A DNA stretch of 64,000 nucleotides, from positions 3,566,387 through 3,630,386 of the forward strand of contig NC_068983.1 of the NCBI RefSeq assembly GCF_001194135.2, written 5' to 3'. Source of the stretch: Octopus bimaculoides. Taxonomy: Eukaryota. Positions within the stretch are counted from its first letter, which is position 1, and the number at the start of each line of letters is the position of its first letter. The translations under genes were made by a program, and so were the position numbers. This document shows positions 60,539 to 64,000 of the stretch, piece after piece. Under the pieces are notes generated by a model. It was given only the letters and a program-made list of their open reading frames with translations. It searched no databases and was not told the origin of the DNA.

Positions 60539-60744
60539 ATCACGAGGGGGTTACCAATTATCACGTAAGATCACCAAATGGATGGAATAGAGGTGTCGGT
60601 GGCTGAGCTGGGTTCTGGTTGTGAATAAATGATGCGCAACGCTCATAGATAATTAACTAAAACTTCATTCACTGAACAAAAGCACTTTCCATGTAGGTCT
60701 TGAATTAATAATACACATTGAAAGACAGTTTTATAGTTATAACA
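60539..60744 (-). mobile_element. Candidate Gypsy LTR plus tRNA-Trp primer-binding site
   Basis: Reverse complement 60539-60556 TGGTAACCCCCTCGTGAT matches the Trp PBS TGGTGACCCCGACGTGAT at 15/18; putative LTR starts TGTTATAAC at 60744; no gag recognised. Confidence 0.45.
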
Positions 60745-60777
60745 AAACAGTTGGTCAGCTGTCAAGACTAGAGAAAT

Positions 60778-61000
60778 CGTCATCATCATCGTTTAATGTC
60801 CGCTTTCCATGCTGTCATGGATTGGACAGTTTGACTGAGGTGTGGAGAGCCAGAAGGCAGCACCAGGCTCCAATCCGATCTGGCAATGTTTCTACAGCTG
60901 GATGCCCTTTCTAATGCCAACTACTCCAAGAGTGTAGTGGGTGCTTTTTACATGCCGCCGGCACAAGGGCCAGTCAGGCGGTACTGGCATCGGCCACGCT
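60778..61000 (-). mobile_element. RTE 3'UTR-derived repeat
   Basis: catcatcgtttaatgtccgctttccatgc...ctacagctggatgccc. Confidence 0.8.
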
Positions 61001-61129
61001 TGAAACACATTCGCCATCCAGTCATCCATATGTACACACACACACACACACATATATATATGAGAATGTTGCATACGTTGGTGCTGTGACTAAAGCCAGA
61101 ATGACAATACTTCTGCAGACACCGCAAAA

Positions 61130-63180
61130 TATAGAACTCAGAACTGTCTGCATTTAACATGTTCGTATCTCACAATGAGTTTGCAGTAGCTGTACTGGTA
61201 CCAACATTTGGGATATTGGACTGGACACTCGATGAATTACGCAGCCTGGACATCGAAACTAGAAAGGTATTAACCACCAGCGGTAACTTCCACATTAACA
61301 ATGACATCAATATGATTTATGTGAGACGGAGTGATGGCGGTAGTTGCGTAAGTTCAGTGCAAACAGCCTTTGAATGTCGCATTGTATGAAACAGACGACA
61401 TTTGCAGAACAGTAAAGAAAGAAATGAGTACATTCCATGCATACTCAAAAGTGAGAACAAAATCTTCAGAGTTGGAGAAGAACTACTCTGAGAATACAAC
61501 TTGTCTTGTGAGACCCAAAGGAGGCTGGACTGGCCTACCTAAACAAAAGCTTGGAGGAGAAGCAGGCATCATACCAACGAAAAGCAATGCATGGGTATAT
61601 ATCCCGTAAGCTAGAGGATAACAACAGCATTGACAGGAAGGGTAGCATCTCCTGGACCTGTTATAGATATGTAATACTTCGACCGTGCGAACCAAAGGAG
61701 ATGGCGACGTAGACGGGAAAAGGCTCCTTTTTACCACGTCGTACGGTCGAACACAAAACAAGATATATATAAGATAGAAGGCTCGTCGTAAGAGATACGA
61801 GCCATAGTGCCAGTTTTACTACGCATGCGCAACTCGAGGGGCTTCTTGTGGTGAAGTCCCCTGCGCATGCGCAGAATAGTACTTCCTCAATGGCGGCTAT
61901 AATTTCGCGCCACTACAGATACATTACATCCCACCTAGAAGGATATGACTTTGCTATCCAGGAACAGGGGAGAGCTACTAAATTCCTGATAAACAAAAAG
62001 GACAAAAATAGTGTAGCAGAACGGATTAACAACATAAAAGAAAGCAAATTATTTTCTCTCCCTTTGATTTATAGTTGTTTGGACGTAGCAGAGAACACTT
62101 AGCTGTAAAGATCAGGTTGTAACCATTGTTCTGATTGCTTAGTTTTGGGGCACAAATTGTCCCCTAAACAACTGCGCCAAATTACACAATCAAATAATCA
62201 GATGTGCTAAAATGGATCACGTGTTCTCTTGGCGGAAAAACTTTCATCTCTCCTGGGAATCCACCATTCTTTATAAGAAAATCTGTTCTCGATTGTCCTG
62301 ACACCAGCCAGTCTCCGCTTTCATCTTCTTCACCAGTCGCCTCTCTACATCATTGCTGTATGAACACTACTTGACCAATGGACCAACGACTGCCTCGACA
62401 CACCACAAAACAGTACGTCAACTTTGTCTATGAGATCAAAAGTCCAGCCAAGCCATGAAGTCTCTCACACGTCCTTGTTGTAACCTGTTATGTTATTTTA
62501 TTTCATGTATGGCAATCATTGTATTTTATAACAGAGGATAAATCGTCGTTTACCAGTTTGTTTTATAATATTCACATTATCCTCACACACATCACCACTA
62601 TAATATCATACCTCCACATCATCAGCAGCTGCCCCAAAATATCTGCGAAATATCTACCTGTCCTAGAGGCATGAAAGAATTGATAAGATTATTTACAATC
62701 CTATCCGCAGGAAGGACAGTCTTGACGTATACATCAAACGCATGTCAGAACCAGCAGGTATCCCCACTTTTAAAAACAAGGAACACCCCTATATAAACAT
62801 CAATTCGGTGCAAATATAACAGACCTGATATTGTTCTGTGGGAGAGGAAACAAAAATCATGCACTGTTGTAGAGGTCAGCTGTCCAACAGACGTGAATGT
62901 ACAATCAACAGTCTGGGGAAAAAGAGAGCATTTATGACAAATTAATGCAGAACTTAGAGCATTTTAACTCTGACTGTGAATTCTCATTTGTACATATCAC
63001 AGCGAATCAGATTATGTACCAGAAAAATTGTACAAAAACTTAGAAATACTCGATTTCACGGAGAAAGAACAAAAAACAAAAAACAAAAACTGATGCGGAT
63101 TCTCCAAATCCAGTCTATTAGTGGCACAATGAAGATTTGTCAGACATTCCAAAAAATTCTCCATCTAAGATTCTTAAGTG
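61130..63180 (+). mobile_element. R4-like LINE ORF remnant (RT thumb, CCHC, REL), interrupted by a solo LTR
   Basis: WTLDELRSLDIETRKVLT; RKAMHGYISRKLE...SISWTCY/RYITSHLEGYDFAIQEQ; LHIISSCPK; RPDIVLWERKQKSCTVVEVSCPTD. Confidence 0.8.
61670..61917 (-). mobile_element. 248-bp solo LTR with 4-bp TSD GATA
   Basis: TGTAA...CTACA termini; GATA at 61666-61669 and 61918-61921; removing it restores the LINE frame TCYRYITSHLEGY; CpG-rich; orientation inferred from motif order. Confidence 0.85.
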
Positions 63181-63347
63181 AATAGAAGCATACTCGTGGG
63201 TGCGTGCATTAACATTTCAACAAACACACCGACTCAACCAGATGTTCACACACACCGGGAACTCTCTTAATTTGAAAAGTCTTGTCGCTTTGTTAGCAAC
63301 CGGTTTGAACTCTCTTAAAAAGAACTTGAATAAAACTCAAAGATAAA

Positions 63348-63391
<44 letters not shown>

Positions 63392-64000
63392 GCGTGCATA
63401 CAAGATAAACACTAAAAACGTGCACACAAATATGTAAATTCTGAAGTTAGCGTGTATATATATATATATATGTGTGTGTACATCAAAGAAAGAAACTGAG
63501 AGGGGGGGAAATGATGTGAGTGTGTATGAGAGAGAGAGGAAGAGAGAGATACAGACAGAGGGAGAATGTGTGAAGTGTATATGAGACTCATTGTATGAGA
63601 ATATGTTTGCGTCTGTGTGTGTTAAGTTGATAAGAGGTAGATGATTACATCCTGAAAAGTGACATGCGTCAGTTAACCTTTGAGACCCTCACAGTTCTGG
63701 GTCAGTAGCTACCATCATTCCCTCACCGCTGCCCCATGCAACATCCGACAGACAAATAATCTGGTGACCTTCGAGGGTTATCAATGTTACCCATCTGGGT
63801 CGACGGATGTCGCTCATGATTCAGAATTAAAGAACATCAACGATTAGCTTGGAATCCGACAAGTTTAGAATGGTTCCTGCATTCAATAGAGTGCTCGTCT
63901 ATGTACCATCATTATCATCAGCACTACCACCAACGTCATACCTCTCCTTCTCTTCCTCCTTCTCCTTCTCCTCATCATCATCATCATCGTCACTTAACAT

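Noticed and set aside
61848-62102. Housekeeping-gene promoter and first exon (MAAIISRHYRY...)
   Set aside because: The ATG lies in the solo LTR and the rest is R4-like LINE coding sequence (EGYDFAIQEQ)

Overview
AT-rich, microsatellite-dense animal genomic DNA with many N gaps. The repeat content suggests an octopod cephalopod (Octopus-like); this is an inference and was not database-checked. One clear host gene is present: a single-coding-exon LicD/fukutin-family nucleotidyltransferase with a type II membrane anchor (CDS 43987-44796, +), preceded by a splice acceptor and followed by AATAAA. The rest is mostly decayed mobile DNA: RTE LINEs (PHD finger inside the RT region, long repetitive 3'UTR), R4/Dong-like REL-endonuclease LINEs, Tx1/L1 and CR1/L2-type fragments, a Penelope GIY-YIG fragment, hAT and Tc1/mariner transposase remnants, MITEs, tRNA-derived SINEs and a solo LTR with a perfect 4-bp TSD. 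The most striking signal is absent from the ORF track: about a dozen minimal type I hammerhead-ribozyme (HHR) motifs from several families. They include (A) a tRNA-headed, (AAT)n-linked HHR element that inserts with an inverted copy of its own 3' end, (B) a family whose two copies share a non-canonical CUGUUGA core, (C) a 361-bp retrozyme-like unit with an 80-bp terminal direct repeat and covarying stems, and long-stem-II variants, one lying downstream of the Penelope endonuclease. All folds were worked out by hand and none has been tested for activity. Boundaries of decayed repeats are approximate.
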